Shown: positions 52,501 through 54,228, numbered from the stretch's first letter. The stretch: 56,083 bases of DNA from Elusimicrobiota bacterium (GCA_043813605.1 JBDRKX010000102.1:1-56083); one strand, 5' to 3'. Program-made: numbers and translations. Notes: generated from the letters alone by a model not told the origin.

Positions 52501-53510
52501 TCGATATACCCTTTTTCAACAAGATTGTTTACAGAATCTACCAGGTCGTTTCCGGCTTTCTCATCTCCCACAGCTTTAAACTGATCACTCAACTGTAATG
52601 CATCATCTTTTATTGACGCTGTCTCATCTTCGATATCAGTTTCAACAGTACCAACTTCGGTGTCTTCAGAAAGAGTATGGGCGGCTTCGATCACCGTAGC
52701 CTCAGCATCTTCTGTCCCGGGCGCCGTCTCGGTTTCCAGTTCGGTTTCCTGGGTTGTTACTACAACTGCCGGTGTTTCTGTTTCTGTCTCGTCCAGAGCG
52801 GTCTCTGTATGTTCGTGTTCTATCGACTCGGTTTCAGTGTCGACAGTTTTAGTTGTTTCAGTAGTTTCCGGTTCTTGTGTGTCGACAGTTTTAGTTGTTT
52901 CAGCAGTTTCCGGTTCTTGAGTATCTACATAGAACTCTGTCTTTTCTCCGCCGGCCTTAAAGCCCAGTTTTGTCAACTTATCATGGTGTGACTCTTCTGA
53001 ATCATCCTGCGCTATACTCCAGATAAAGTTCCTTACCGCCCTGGTGATCTCCGAATCCTTGAGTAATTCATCGGTCTCACTTCCCCCGGAAGGATCACTC
53101 ACAATATTCAGGTCTGCAAGTATTTTCTTCTCTTCGTCCGAAAGGTTTAATCCAAGGTCTTCCAGAATACTGTCCATTTCCTGGACGGTTTCCGCGGATG
53201 ATATACGGCACATGGTATCCATTGTCGCCGCCTGTTTGTTTTCTTTTAGATTGGGGTCATATCCGGAATCTTGTTCCACAGGCGAACCCCAGCCCGTAGC
53301 GCCGTCGGAATCCCTTTCATCCACACCGCGGGCACTTCCGATGGTCCCGTCCTGTATGAGATTGAGTTCATCATCCGGTTTGTAATAGAACCAGCCCCAG
53401 CAGACATTGCTGAAGAAAAATGCGAAGACTGTAGCAAGAGTCACAGCCTTCCTCATCATCACCAGGTTCTTCCTGCTGAAAATTACTTCTGTTAATTTTG
53501 TAGTATTCAT
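25539..53510 (-). CDS. Giant multi-domain, repeat-rich membrane protein 1 (9,323 aa)
   Basis: Uninterrupted 27,972-nt ORF with an N-terminal anchor VTLATVFAFFFSNVCWGWFYY. Domains and repeat families are listed separately. The ATG at 53510 lies 3 nt after the stop of small ORF C. Confidence 0.9.
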   Translation of the reverse strand: MNTTKLTEVIFSRKNLVMMRKAVTLATVFAFFFSNVCWGWFYYKPDDELNLIQDGTIGSARGVDERDSDGATGWGSPVEQDSGYDPNLKENKQAATMDTMCRISSAETVQEMDSILEDLGLNLSDEEKKILADLNIVSDPSGGSETDELLKDSEITRAVRNFIWSIAQDDSEESHHDKLTKLGFKAGGEKTEFYVDTQEPETAETTKTVDTQEPETTETTKTVDTETESIEHEHTETALDETETETPAVVVTTQETELETETAPGTEDAEATVIEAAHTLSEDTEVGTVETDIEDETASIKDDALQLSDQFKAVGDEKAGNDLVDSVNNLVEKGYIETAGQLVETAKKLMEEGDPAAAGQLVDAVNESLKEGNTPVAEDLISAVSRMVENDQLKTAGQLLDTATTLIDQGKTEEAGDLAAAAKGLVESGNTETAKDLIDTANRFIEIGDVKSAGQFVETAADLVEQNDTEKVGQVIAAANSYIDTETAPDTEYVETTTEPTEYTVETVVDETVTTTDEQDIHQAEDAVVQDVAAWLEEYVGAGTERQKEMLADLGLDPEEVPIVNLTQASVNAIIKLLTQTGDVINCAVKALANLLGISDDDTQAQIATTAVLVDILTGSVTKETLSSGGQFSTSMFAIQKAAEKQGLDLHGSEASWNDFKDYIKDGNSVIAWVEGDSGAGHYVVVTGIDDAGEVTYTDADGKEYTANKDSLNIADTVNILAEEAVTRELGVAEQQSIMGAKGGDGDGDGAGDAAGDTADASSDAADAASNAADASAAAADATSAAADAAANGNAADAADAASDAADAAADAADASAAAADASAAAADAADAAAEAADASADTAAAADAAADAAAADAAAIGTDAAADVAAEAADAAADANAAADADAAASDASAEAADAASDAADAADAAAEAAADCAAAAAACAEAAASGDAEACAEAAEAANAAAEAADAASAEAAAAAEACAEAAEACAEAAEAAQTGFSIMGFITSHMTTIATIAASLAFGFIGGLAVGLAVAAAQSAMSDQGFSISGMLGNFADNSVVGQGFSAVTGNSLSSALGLSSSSSDAVSADVAADTTADTTADTTVNADVAVGMDADVDVDVDVDAGPAITGTETGGGSESNITSQYTARTYTTQKEAQDTATGSSIDADTGAEETVTLSSQDQVDDEQTEIQDETLTSEDKVKQDVSTWLNDYLDATEEERNAMLAELGLNPDDITIQISKSSIDALLTVFNETKNVINCATNALKNLLGIEDAETIEEIATTSILVDILTGSVTEETLSSGAQFSTSMFAIQKAAEKQGVALEGSEADFYELEQYIQEGNSVIAHVAGENGEPDHYVVITDIIGDTATYIDSDGTTKTMSSQRLIKNGKVKILANKTVTNKLSVAQMKKIMGSSGYDGGTAVTPPTTGTTGDTTTSTDSSDPTETAMDGYTETVTTEGEDKATIVKNGKVEVTNDDGTTSYREYDNFTIDNTYDTSTDPMRVTQSVQNGIMIVTDNAGNVTTNEYIDYTLDCQYDSAGKVSQQTLNGTLKVTEEGESTETQVFSNFKMDMTYTSDGKVQTETRNGTITITKDGVQDVRTYNNFSVEKVYDANGNVIKEIRNGEATEQGAHMVFENFSQETVKDANGNVIKEVMNGKMTQTQDGETSVSEYSDYTVDYELDADGNVIKETRNGTAIENGTTMVFDNYAKQAVVDSEGRVTSEVMSGKITETKDGKTVVREYTDYSIDYTYDSEGRVIKQVSGGIIIQDGVEMEYTEFVQEFAYDSEGNVIKETRNGTMVDADGTREYTDFTVEFEYDSEGNITKETRNGIAVEYGVTMKFEDFEQETVKDADGNVTKETLNGKLTQIDADGTEKVSEYTGYSVEYTRDADGNITKEKRNGTAIEDGVTKKFEDFEQETVKDADGNVIKETLNGKLTQTENGKTTKSEYTDYTVEYVRDAEGNVLKETRNGTAVEDGVKMEFDGFSKEYAYDAQGRKTLEVIDGKFIETKDGKETVQEYNNFKQEFGYEGDSEEPAYVIISGAVTENGKTTTYDLRKDYTYNEIGKVDTEKLNGTIKTTDSKGKVISSEKFENFVMKYTYDSNGNAKDPEPVSGKYYKDGNLVWPPQQSYDGGGDTTARQTTQQQVTQERPERRDTHYEVHEQRTFSAAVNSRVNSIMADVRKKGLKGDELIEYLKSLGLNVETLTALLIALGLKGDELSDMLKGLGLEAKELAEIIKGMGMFMDDMIELIDKLGLESEDLAKLIDGLELDSGMLADLVYGLDMDDESLAEVVSSLDLENEEKAELLDNLELEKDELVSVLSKMDAEEEDKEEIISNLDIEESEKEDIRSQLGISSEEVTTTTGQTSEPGDKTVTEELEGVKEAEKEKEEIIKHIEEEGLEGEELAEYLKSQGLSSDEMAAVIEELGLNSEETSELINGLGLETEELADLINALGLETEELAEVLAGLELETAQLAELISAVAAEQNMTVEDMGALISAVAASAEMADEELAELVSAVAENSEIAGQELVDLMAAALNIDMPAAETADAEVIQGIINWLLEYMGASDERKTEMLAALGLDTDDISLNIAIETINALMDLMNSTIGAINCAVEALVNLLSQLGITGDKQEIATNALLIDLLTGSVTLDDLASGNQLETSMFAIQKVASTKYGIELHANVTNFTDLKNYINEGNSLIVHVDGDHYITITGIDNGIVSYTDSDGQKKTMTEDEFQNRAGANIKVLSEESIGQDMSEQEAQETMGARNILGIVCLVVIAIVVIVVTWGAATPAVVGAGAAATAAASAATAVTVGSVLTSVGTAIAAAGSAIMAAGTALMATGAGLLAAGGIAGIVGGIACIAAGAVVAAAGAVVFAAGYAIAAVGSAITAVSSAVSAVTAPITSALAPVTGAFSTGTLGTIYNVVSAAYKVYSIVNAVQSGDILGAAMGVCSLAGFSPLGGISSSISDAVGGGILGAVVAGFVTSTGMSLVRQAISGDGIDFGMALKAGAIGGITAGLTAVIQPAMADAFGATSPGVTDGTVNINSVIYSQAAADFCTSVLTGAVSGALNVSFGLKEEMDWGEVFLSAGGSAVSSLAGAYNQIAKGSYSWTDSKGITYTASNIDGSNAFDLKADISDMRASYTDSSGVTRTTDNVVVSEDGQLTYDVSDPRMNSRIVTIDKTRYVETNAVFDADGGLKGDYSGETFVFMSTSDSLGYEIKDGSIVGLASGTYTKGITNNVSYISTYDNGVLRQNTAGFYRQAEEGNWVKGRIADMDTGMLFVDEESTPAGRLVHNMSMEDGLGSVAAEGEYIRTIVGVSGSSVFEKIAVMNNGALSTTRSGIYREDSTAGQVKGNVINTDSGMLFVDEKQSGTEQLVWSVSKDKGIDGLAEQGDYIRNIVGKSGASVFEKVSVLEDGVYDTKRSGVYREDATAGYVKGKVINIDSGMLFIDDEAGMVWSVDRNKGITGLAEAGSYDSQIAGTSVIQRIAVDENSKYVSALSGMYREDAHAGMVKGTLLNTDSGMIFIDDKQVGVDQLVWSSTKSNGITGAASAGNYDTIIAGVLGTEVVNRIIVTGGAVLDNKLSGTYANIKEELFIKGDLVNTDAGMLFMSEKQAGINQLAWTLTTADGIQGLAAGTYDSVVAGVGGSTVINRIAVGSDGIVVQKLTGTYAQITGEMVKGSLLNTDSGLLFVEEAQADADVNVWAVTMSEGVTGKADGYYDTVVAGQQGAGTAVISRIAVNDGILDKTVTGSYREDAQAGLVKGMLDKGYNSSGDMTSIFRDEKTGIGHIYTKDTGLTGDLASGRYTAGDYTSDGQIKVCSVYGTDGVYSKTESGLYYGDIQVDPEKAYLVKTGALTVEEALDLSTTRAKTLSNVMLWGQKYMTATAAEQREMLIKIGLNPDENPIIALTQQNLNHMIKLVSATQEVMNCAADALSNILTQQGIAHTKSGLATTTLLIDIMTGSLNEGVFEQSGDVLATSMFAIQTTAKQYGLTLHAAEVSSSDLNNYIGSGNSAIVYLSGEDGIGHYVVGGNGQGGVAGFNSADKFMVLSANATLGQRTLSDSETLAIMGGFEDPNALINAAAMGPVNPGKWLQSTTLAHVIDGTKETYVFHNVGVNQNEYVTIEEHVGGRAVQSTTFRVTAAEGDTVYNRGGVEFTLIGKQITGRESVSTFDYFEEGYNINTVFANEDDVWTHFQVESYTYGSDQVKTIVEVGFVYEYDANGVPVKAESTGTGMPKDNPHILKAQEILEHGVRTLNATGQSGDDSLMVFNGEKYISNEYIRGFQTAKYSSSNAALNSFMQINADGSQQICNNVTFTDLKHLTGSYVTSSAYTDNKIVQAKRVEGNVTIFETEYGTYADPTNISSQFNTRQTEVDRYTNMSEAVDGINKTITADLFEKTVTLDGTVTNTVKGDNYKDRQVIQSNGVYKSQETTMDNYSNWKLNSETGTTTLETYSSRSVNNTYDAKGNLLASVISGDNWELKGFDSAGTQTSYKHSDMHEQVLGMRGGQLNLVKTTDTNYESWRLVEGNKVTEDSAGRIADYAYDSNGKMTGITVTSDNYISRSSDDVIKALTTSDKHIETFTVDKAGNITLVSRKDSNYNVVTEKTEIDTVTGAAMMMKSTQHWDERKAVYGVDASGNKIMTVTGDGYNTKTSVAVDGGDFTDINGSAAKSRAENWQMMDGQFKLVKAVEHNCDTWAQDKSGANMTNDHYAVKTTDFKYDDKGNLVGKNINGTGFQSDTYDIATNPDNPILAGRKTAEVHKETWRLVDGEVKITGTYDKNYNAVAFRTMDGQQIKSTEHYDTRTAKYSYKGGLRVVIEGSGYESRTYDMTSGTEKEIAGRNIDSHKETLGLVNGELKVISTKDKGYDEWTVSNGERIGKHYDIRNANYFYDGKGNLKAVEINADYTVDKSGNVVAVKNTVKNSGYSVFTEGLNGENRKVLNSSDSHSERSQVITVTNKDGSTSQVLKLQVTNDTNYRVDGLVKYKELQTEYKYRSDGQVNMVRMTYSKNDLMLTVENTYLYDAKGNAIKNKEGLTYNSKTVKVSIDMDAFKLDADATAKMGDSGFKIYRHKDDANRAVKFGQVILDSKGNYLNKNCPITDDMELSYVNGKIRATVKGGQDGWVFNKKGNYVEFSVKDNNLKVDRIMDVNRVLRGPGEIASLTIKTSDFGALEQITYKVEEVKSGEKDMSGTALNWIVKREVVTEIATDGLNKQTLDTRRATDNEMIDVMNRLSETDRSMLAAYFQGADLRRTEISSFGQKSRIKGDKWVDYLQNSVDAGMASDKITTKMLTDAFDAGRNSNNFKLLVRAQAAIGVLENSFSSWAQGFDSRLRNGDVPLGDTAVNLAMHQNMYTWVDAAFDITLFATTALSFGAGSWIGGALRGAGTFIQGFSWGQKAFVVGTKIAGATSTALNGVKGAKYVSWVVRGETLLAKATQFVLVSQTTLAGAKTAYAMAFTEGDFSAKISAAVDSVASTYDFVGEALSGDFSVAAGSFAEWSYESLMAYTGAKILAKAPSAFTKAGGKQFGAKVGAAEAVKPTGIEAVKKVAGQTLANVKSAAGFEATGGLKSWTWGRSVNLFSGSSKLAQTGNWTLSGLNSLSFAGFNAVEGFSNVGHLVAGTNMIMQFGSSKLFGDSELSFESWIDGYQSGYDMGYEFGKVLLIPSLLVGPAAGYLLSRAPGIGRLYQYETAWETFGMGSHTTKFGELVDRVIWEEAVQEGVLEYGFGISNENMQEVLGGGKFNINFGMDYNSLSENSATMDNVVNMQPEDIRLTGNILSNVTIDSTLTPDADQRTVDTGLTVSDDITTPDIVTSDDMLIGSISDTGGTSAIDNAIAGFETTVDDFDSGINTTFSAMEQSNAQALGDLTENIQTTSQGLQSGMDSILTAFDESDMDTFETALIDFQATVEDYDAGVNATFSAMEQSNAQALENLTENIQTTSQNLQSGMDAILSGMEDTDFAADLETAVADFDSNINPIISAMSQSNAQTLENARSDMEIIVQDVDAGIDSIMSAMDQSGEQTLENAVTGLQATVADFDSNVSPTLSAMEQSNAQALENAKAGVNTVVQDLEDSMDPILTAMSQSDSQAAEDAGTVIETAVADFETGIDATFSAMEQSDQQALENARTNIQANVQDVDAGVNSVLSAMDQSDEQALENAVTGLQATVADFDSNIDAEFSAMEQSNAQALENAKAGVNTVVQDLEDSIDPILTAMSQSDSQAAETVAPVQPAVEEKTEKTIDEELFAEFNSLGIQDKIAVLDTVMGQLSANPDSVQVKVIDKNGEESTRSLYSAEIETLENTREFLVAAQDIALLDGFTLAELPREVKKQVAKDVAAAIDNLSDADLEVAGNLGEIVIGMKLLQESLGLDTVSYEVTQDDIDTANTLGEKIVNLRKSVVTAADLTAEDIAFISMISGSLVEIRTAQESSGTDAVSTVTQDDIAALDQLSVKLQDVHNAADVTRKTFGDITADDIKLITGNKRSDELQYMYKAVAYQLYNRNKALETEAADANIANLDNMKDVTFLETMRVPLEARMGMPLEEIVEENGGDVAIVKNNVRTELEADRNIKEMTSELAMLRALNIAESGVSKPRLLHLAKFFAVSVPLGMIMGENNFYLPIIGGMIASRMGMPSTYKTSIQTLTQDLETAELTLQKNIIDSRIRVMESNIETMQNDGVVEEIINVETAKMNLLQVQSESIGNYLNADNESKKTEVVADTKKKIVEAKRALVNSQHKYEEFRRVEIKEETAVVKESNFGQEIDNIFGQLAQNGQFVTSGGKIIKVPDFTTATSEERIAFGNAIRAEITAFKTKGLITEKESVYFADRIDILFGVNNYGNTVIRTAEGEKVINLSEVGMENYVDTVFSAIEEGNPDKDFSGEYIEKLQLYKDFIVRGFDPVRHSKQMIMVRANLNNKIVQLTTSGGKTTGYTHVLGARNLIMGSNKAKAVYVSSEGEITRFVSGSENPAAQEAEEKLANLYGMTYVNAKKLEDRNDNNKSLIEAINKPGNVMVYDIHTRTHLVHKAAKKTADEGNDDLEKALGSEYTRIIDEADLAALSLSTYIAGEPTPADKVFVDKMESLYEQITGSNITQTFDESDMADNVETPHFFRNEDTHKISWNKAADRILRKTFDIEAALNGTEEELISMAKLFSIDTEGQSIEAVKAELEEYKTNSDMWESWLGGPISNAFRAMSEVYNGTIAMEKDGRGFSPGSQNKSKETSSRDNSDVYNVILSLRVNSDIEAAINGTEEELIAMAEQFRIATKDRSIDDISAELREYKIDPDKIELSRGSWQATISELFRDKNDPQKVAALSETIAALETDMRIAFEGTETELLAAAETAGIEVENKTVDQVRSEYVAGIAARFDIETKNRSMDDMKADLETRKFELGVELEQLRSAQGSLTAGGSASMDTAELIANAIYGNAAVEIIDSLEAKTYNYVNDLDVKKAAEMIVAAYQGKIFELGEISGVLNDMNDEQRSEFRDLLAKEEAGTLTGTEEIKLAQIKKATGLDLIGESGVLSRVASGSQLLELKAAVETKLNEIENELTAKETAGTITEAESTLLEALRSEEGVIDTIDMHTTPENIQGEITKKIALKNRTKSDQDINRIVLTTDVGTRAYDYKGQVVEIAIGVENMGWGSLTQMLGRTGRANAKTARFIGTSDTNVENILVGMMQYEEFLNDHDGDIKGLFTEADKKDIRAIWNKFQTALEDMGAETNAEGLYSNEDIVEAMEVLDEKEIVTLVTNYRTAIEKSNSIMHKGSLEPMGRIVQEPMKGWIKRSTGKGQEELRAIYTAVEDGSLIDENGLHSSELTTPLERVNRVWAGVINNSINILNKVIASPNISDDIRTEAIAKKAELERIKNLELIDSRMDTLIADLGTQKAEETVKAIGLTAEEISTLQNAVAGTDITNIRELKDVTGELMRKEIGTEGYEVINVDLEKIRNILVKFELSFASAKNPKEIAQTFKELSRSVLPSTTEATTDPVTVTYSEDKKDVTIGLNSDKVESKISSIASQSETRKESLKTTTTLKDVLKDGILAMLIQLGLGGGDDESRKARKAELTNNFQESVSNLRLNFSSSETIRTQAEKYVTDDIKVSISKKITQMMNDENVSNIQIEDSVAETIDVDAVVQEIVEKENMMLMMQGLDPVSRLVIINTKLDKIENLRGDDDRKRTILEGTRLYEELKTKNFKLDDKQTENLITSGLAPVVADVNAMLTENAGESVAVSLDRAADMLNNVAAYPELKGKPQDKLAVLMASDLIPETMSAEEQQAVWEAYTGIVFQAAAESISLEAFTTATTVQALGLDAAVQTKILNTLQNAGIIENTDEPVKVETLMNALTRSPEEGGPVSIGSNAYKALSTALSVNVLEILTAPDSPLVIAGMTEADIKAAIEFEAGNWSAFNKSPLVQYLTGTISYSDLAMTIAEGQDASVKNVVMAELLPEMGSVTQEDLVATLDGVTPEIAGRIIEVLDKPVSSNEKKDEIYSLLGIERVIPETVSVPAEFSSLVTFTDTSIQALGLDTGVETHILNSLQNAGIIENTDEPVKVETLINALIRAQSEGGPVSIGSNAYKALSTALSANVLEILTAPDSPLVIAGMTEADIKAAIEFEAGNWSAFNESPLVQYLTGTISYTDLVMAVAEGQDVSVKNKVVAELLPEMEGVTQDYLAENLALTGTVIAEIDAPAQPDTIDQIIAVLDKPVTSAEKKDEIYSLLGMERTVPEISASIPSADTEGTEPEGVFAKIVDFVQNQIYAPTSDLFYTTMAGINERMSSIAAGASQIATDCLDRSVQLFLAAKDMGLSAVIKLLFNKETGQGHAVVVVDVDKDGVYEDSEIIETTTPSDMGAYDYGAMGWTTVAVVDSLKNLTSKVKSFLGISSADVPATQTQQPLSAAARNVSVDRLGLSPALQDTLMEAGILSAGALQDSLDTALPIADLGPNELGQIETALNELTSIPAVQKIPVQELALSDDTKLKLEDAGINNVGELETAINNGVLASLELGITVMSEIETALSEVAAVSSVQDVSVNDLDLSDGVKQILTDAEIDTVGDLTTALETDLPAAYIGENEVKEIEAVLADTETIEEIARELPAGMAEKLTVMGVTGVERAEKGDVTAYNPETGKLTVRSDIYEAIQELAAADIDLAVKVLATISAYEMHRYDENPAEGYMKELGKLDGSLAMSDTEKIVLPVWFSWVKSLAAGSTQELSDYIAEKLPGVTAKQLGEVIETAERINEGFLGELQNIQPSGSHGYIAAGIKKYLEEKGGARELVGIIQSIFAKTADITAKMPFGVLPGEGLINGGQINTIAAYAFGNGGSIIDQLKASMSAFLGGGTSNDIVPNNLIESVLSST
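25542..26245 (-). other. C-terminal ~230-aa domain shared with giant 2
   Basis: See the alignment given for feature 5063..5790. Confidence 0.65.
26360..26905 (-). other. Three tandem helix-hairpin-helix modules resembling the RNA polymerase alpha C-terminal domain
   Basis: VSVDRLGLSPALQDTLMEAGILSAGALQDSL...LGPNELGQIETALNEL; IPVQELALSDDTKLKLEDAGINNVGELETAI...LGITVMSEIETALSEV; VSVNDLDLSDGVKQILTDAEIDTVGDLTTAL...IGENEVKEIEAVLAD. Compare the alpha-CTD pattern I.eLeLSvRs.NcLk.agI.tvgdL ... fG.kSl.EI...L. Confidence 0.5.
27000..27270 (-). other. Transglutaminase-core / papain-like Cys-His-Asp domain (tentative)
   Basis: QIATDCLDRSVQLFLAAKDMGLSAVIKLLFNKETGQGHAVVVVDVDKDG. The Cys codon is at 27234-27236 and the His codon at about 27137-27139, with spacing as in transglutaminase-like peptidases. 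Confidence 0.35.
27425..28700 (-). repeat. Tandem duplication of a ~215-aa (about 645-bp) coding unit
   Basis: Units start QALGLDAAVQTKILNTLQNAGIIENTDEPVKVETL and QALGLDTGVETHILNSLQNAGIIENTDEPVKVETL. Long identical stretches include LEILTAPDSPLVIAGMTEADIKAAIEFEAGNWSAFN. The antisense shadow ORFs at 27892 and 28537 both begin MLTGPPS, giving an offset of 645 nt. Confidence 0.9.
30560..32900 (-). other. Divergent SecA-like DEAD motor (NBD1, large insert, NBD2)
   Basis: FDPVRHSKQMIMVRANLNNKIVQLTTSGGKTTGY (Walker A at 32802-16); RIIDEADLAALSLSTYIAGEP (IIDEAD at 32427-32444); LTAGGSASMDTAELIANAIYGNAAVEII (about 31320-31385); VLTTDVGTRAYDY (about 30735-30770); LTQMLGRTGRANAKTARFIGTSD (about 30620-30670). 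The order and context match SecA motifs I, II, III, V and VI. Confidence 0.6.
34870..36110 (-). repeat. About 12 tandem ~33-residue acidic repeats (consensus ..V.DfD.gi....SAMeQSnaQaLENa...)
   Basis: Examples: ATVADFDSNVSPTLSAMEQSNAQALENAKAGVN and TVVQDLEDSMDPILTAMSQSDSQAAEDAGTVIE. At the DNA level there is a 396-bp higher-order repeat: 34905-35140 vs 35301-35536 are nearly identical. Confidence 0.85.
37900..41290 (-). other. Long beta-rich region with scattered degenerate YD-type repeats
   Basis: Recurrent motifs: YDAKGNLLASV, YAYDSNGKMTGI, KYDDKGNLVGKN, FYDGKGNLKAVE, LYDAKGNAIKNK. Confidence 0.45.
41358..41962 (-). other. C39-like cysteine peptidase module 4 (most divergent) with terminal LSDSETLAIMGG
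   Basis: EVMNCAADALSNILT ... TSMFAIQTTAKQYGL ... GHYVVGG; the tail LSDSETLAIMGG|FE is encoded at 41358-41393. Confidence 0.5.
42050..43900 (-). repeat. About 8 tandem ~80-83-residue repeats of unknown fold
   Basis: Consensus G.Y...I.G..G..V...IAV...G.....SG.YRED..AG.VKG...NTDSGMLF.DE..G..QLVWS.....GI.GLA. The NTDSGM(L/I)F codons recur near 43745, 43495, 43250, 43012, 42768 and 42520, a period of 238-250 nt. Confidence 0.85.
44290..45278 (-). other. Gly/Ala-rich multi-TM block (~330 aa)
   Basis: ILGIVCLVVIAIVVIVVTWGAATPAVVGAGAAATAAASA...GIAGIVGGIACIAAGAVVAAAGAVVFAAGYAIAAVG...GILGAVVAGFVTSTG: several hydrophobic segments of TM length. Confidence 0.6.
45279..45915 (-). other. C39-like cysteine peptidase module 3 with terminal MSEQEAQETMGA
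   Basis: GAINCAVEALVNLLS ... TSMFAIQKVASTKYGI ... GDHYITITGIDNGIVSYTDSDG; the tail is encoded at 45279-45314. Confidence 0.55.
45960..47020 (-). repeat. Two blocks of ~11-residue LGL-type helical repeats (..LGL..EELAELI..)
   Basis: Examples: LKSLGLNVETLTALLIALGLKGDELSDMLKGLGLEAKELAEIIKGMG... and INGLGLETEELADLINALGLETEELAEVLAGLELETAQLAELI. Confidence 0.8.
47150..49230 (-). repeat. YD-repeat (RHS-repeat-type) block, about 25 units
   Basis: Examples: YDANGNVIKEIRNG, LDADGNVIKETRNGT, YDSEGRVIKQVSGG, YDSEGNITKETRNG, RDADGNITKEKRNG, YDAQGRKTLEVIDG, YDSNGNAKDPE. Confidence 0.75.
49320..49949 (-). other. C39-like cysteine peptidase module 2 with terminal LSVAQMKKIMGS
   Basis: NVINCATNALKNLLG ... 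TSMFAIQKAAEKQGV ... PDHYVVITDIIGDTATYIDSDG; the tail is encoded at 49320-49355. Confidence 0.55.
50560..51287 (-). repeat. ~240-aa Ala/Asp/Glu/Ser(/Cys) low-complexity tract, followed by a TM segment (50400-50560)
   Basis: GDGDGDGAGDAAGDTADASSDAADAASNAADASAAAADA...AAADCAAAAAACAEAAASGDAEACAEAAEAANAAAEAADA...EACAEAAEACAEAAEAAQ, then ITSHMTTIATIAASLAFGFIGGLAVGLAVAAA. GC-rich triplet-like DNA gives ORFs of at least 100 codons in all six frames. Confidence 0.9.
51288..51917 (-). other. C39-like cysteine peptidase module 1 with terminal LGVAEQQSIMGA
   Basis: DVINCAVKALANLLG ... TSMFAIQKAAEKQGL ... AGHYVVVTGIDDAGEVTYTDADG; the tail is encoded at 51288-51323. Confidence 0.55.
52060..52556 (-). repeat. 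Nine ~19-residue helical repeats (..AG.LV..a..l.e.g....)
   Basis: AGNDLVDSVNNLVEKGYIETAGQLVETAKKLMEEGDPAAAGQLVDAVNESLKEGNTPVAEDLISAV...SAGQFVETAADLVEQNDTEKVGQVIAAANSYID. Confidence 0.75.
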
Positions 53511-53513
53511 TGT

Positions 53514-54158
53514 TTATACCGCCTTTGTGTATAACTTACTTTCTTCTATACTCATAAAAAAAACCCGCATTCCGAATACTTCATTCAAAATGCGGGTTCC
53601 TTTCCCCCGAAAACCTTTTACGCGCGCTATATCAAATTCGTTTACACGGCTTTTCAGATACCTGTCCCATGGCGTCAAAAACTTCAGTATCCAGCTCGTG
53701 TAATACATTATGCCGGCCCGTATACGGCCCGGCATATAACAATCCCTGTCATATGCCTTTTTCCGTATAAGCGTTGTGCCGAAAGTAAAGACTGCAACCA
53801 TAAGAAGAAAAAACAGCTCCCTGTTCGTCATCAGCACTGCACTCAGTACGTAGTAGAGATGCCCGAACAATCCCCTGCCGGCCTTTTTCCTGACAGGTAC
53901 CGATTTGGTATTTGATTTTTCTTCTTCAGAACTTATCTTTACTTCTCTAAAAAATTCTTCAGATTCAGTAAAAATCGTCAGGTACGGAAACAGTATCTTT
54001 GTTTTAAAAAAAGAAACTGTGCATTCTATCATGTCAAATTGTATAGCAGCAACAGTTTCTATTGTTTCGGATATCTGGAAAGTGCTCATAAAAGTACAGA
54101 GACATATTGTAATAATTATGAGATGTGATATTAACTTTATTTTAATTAAATTACGCAT
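53514..54158 (-). CDS. Small three-TM membrane protein, paralogue C
   Basis: 214 aa with N-terminal TM LISHLIIITICLCTFMSTF and central TMs. Conserved motif: MYYTSWILKFLTPWDRYLKSRVNEFD. The TAA stop lies 3 nt before the giant 1 ATG. The ORF reads through hairpin copy C. Confidence 0.75.
   Translation of the reverse strand: MRNLIKIKLISHLIIITICLCTFMSTFQISETIETVAAIQFDMIECTVSFFKTKILFPYLTIFTESEEFFREVKISSEEEKSNTKSVPVRKKAGRGLFGHLYYVLSAVLMTNRELFFLLMVAVFTFGTTLIRKKAYDRDCYMPGRIRAGIMYYTSWILKFLTPWDRYLKSRVNEFDIARVKGFRGKGTRILNEVFGMRVFFMSIEESKLYTKAV
53556..53598 (-). terminator. Conserved hairpin + T8, copy C, 46 nt upstream of the giant 1 ATG and inside small ORF C
   Basis: Minus strand reads AACCCGCAT-(19 nt)-ATGCGGGTT followed by TTTTTT: a 9-bp stem whose closing end differs from the A/B stem on both arms while pairing is kept. 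It is translated as ...TRILNEVFGMRVFFM... in ORF C. Confidence 0.5.
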
Positions 54159-54191
54159 AATATAATATGTATATTATCCTTTTCCAATAAT

Positions 54192-54200
54192 ATTATACCA
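54192..54200 (-). promoter_or_regulatory. Candidate extended -10 element (TGGTATAAT) for the small ORF C / giant 1 unit
   Basis: The reverse complement of attatacca is TGGTATAAT, 34 nt upstream of the ATG at 54158. The context is AT-rich, so chance matches are likely. Confidence 0.3.
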
Positions 54201-54228
54201 TATAATAATGAAATTATGCTGACTATTA

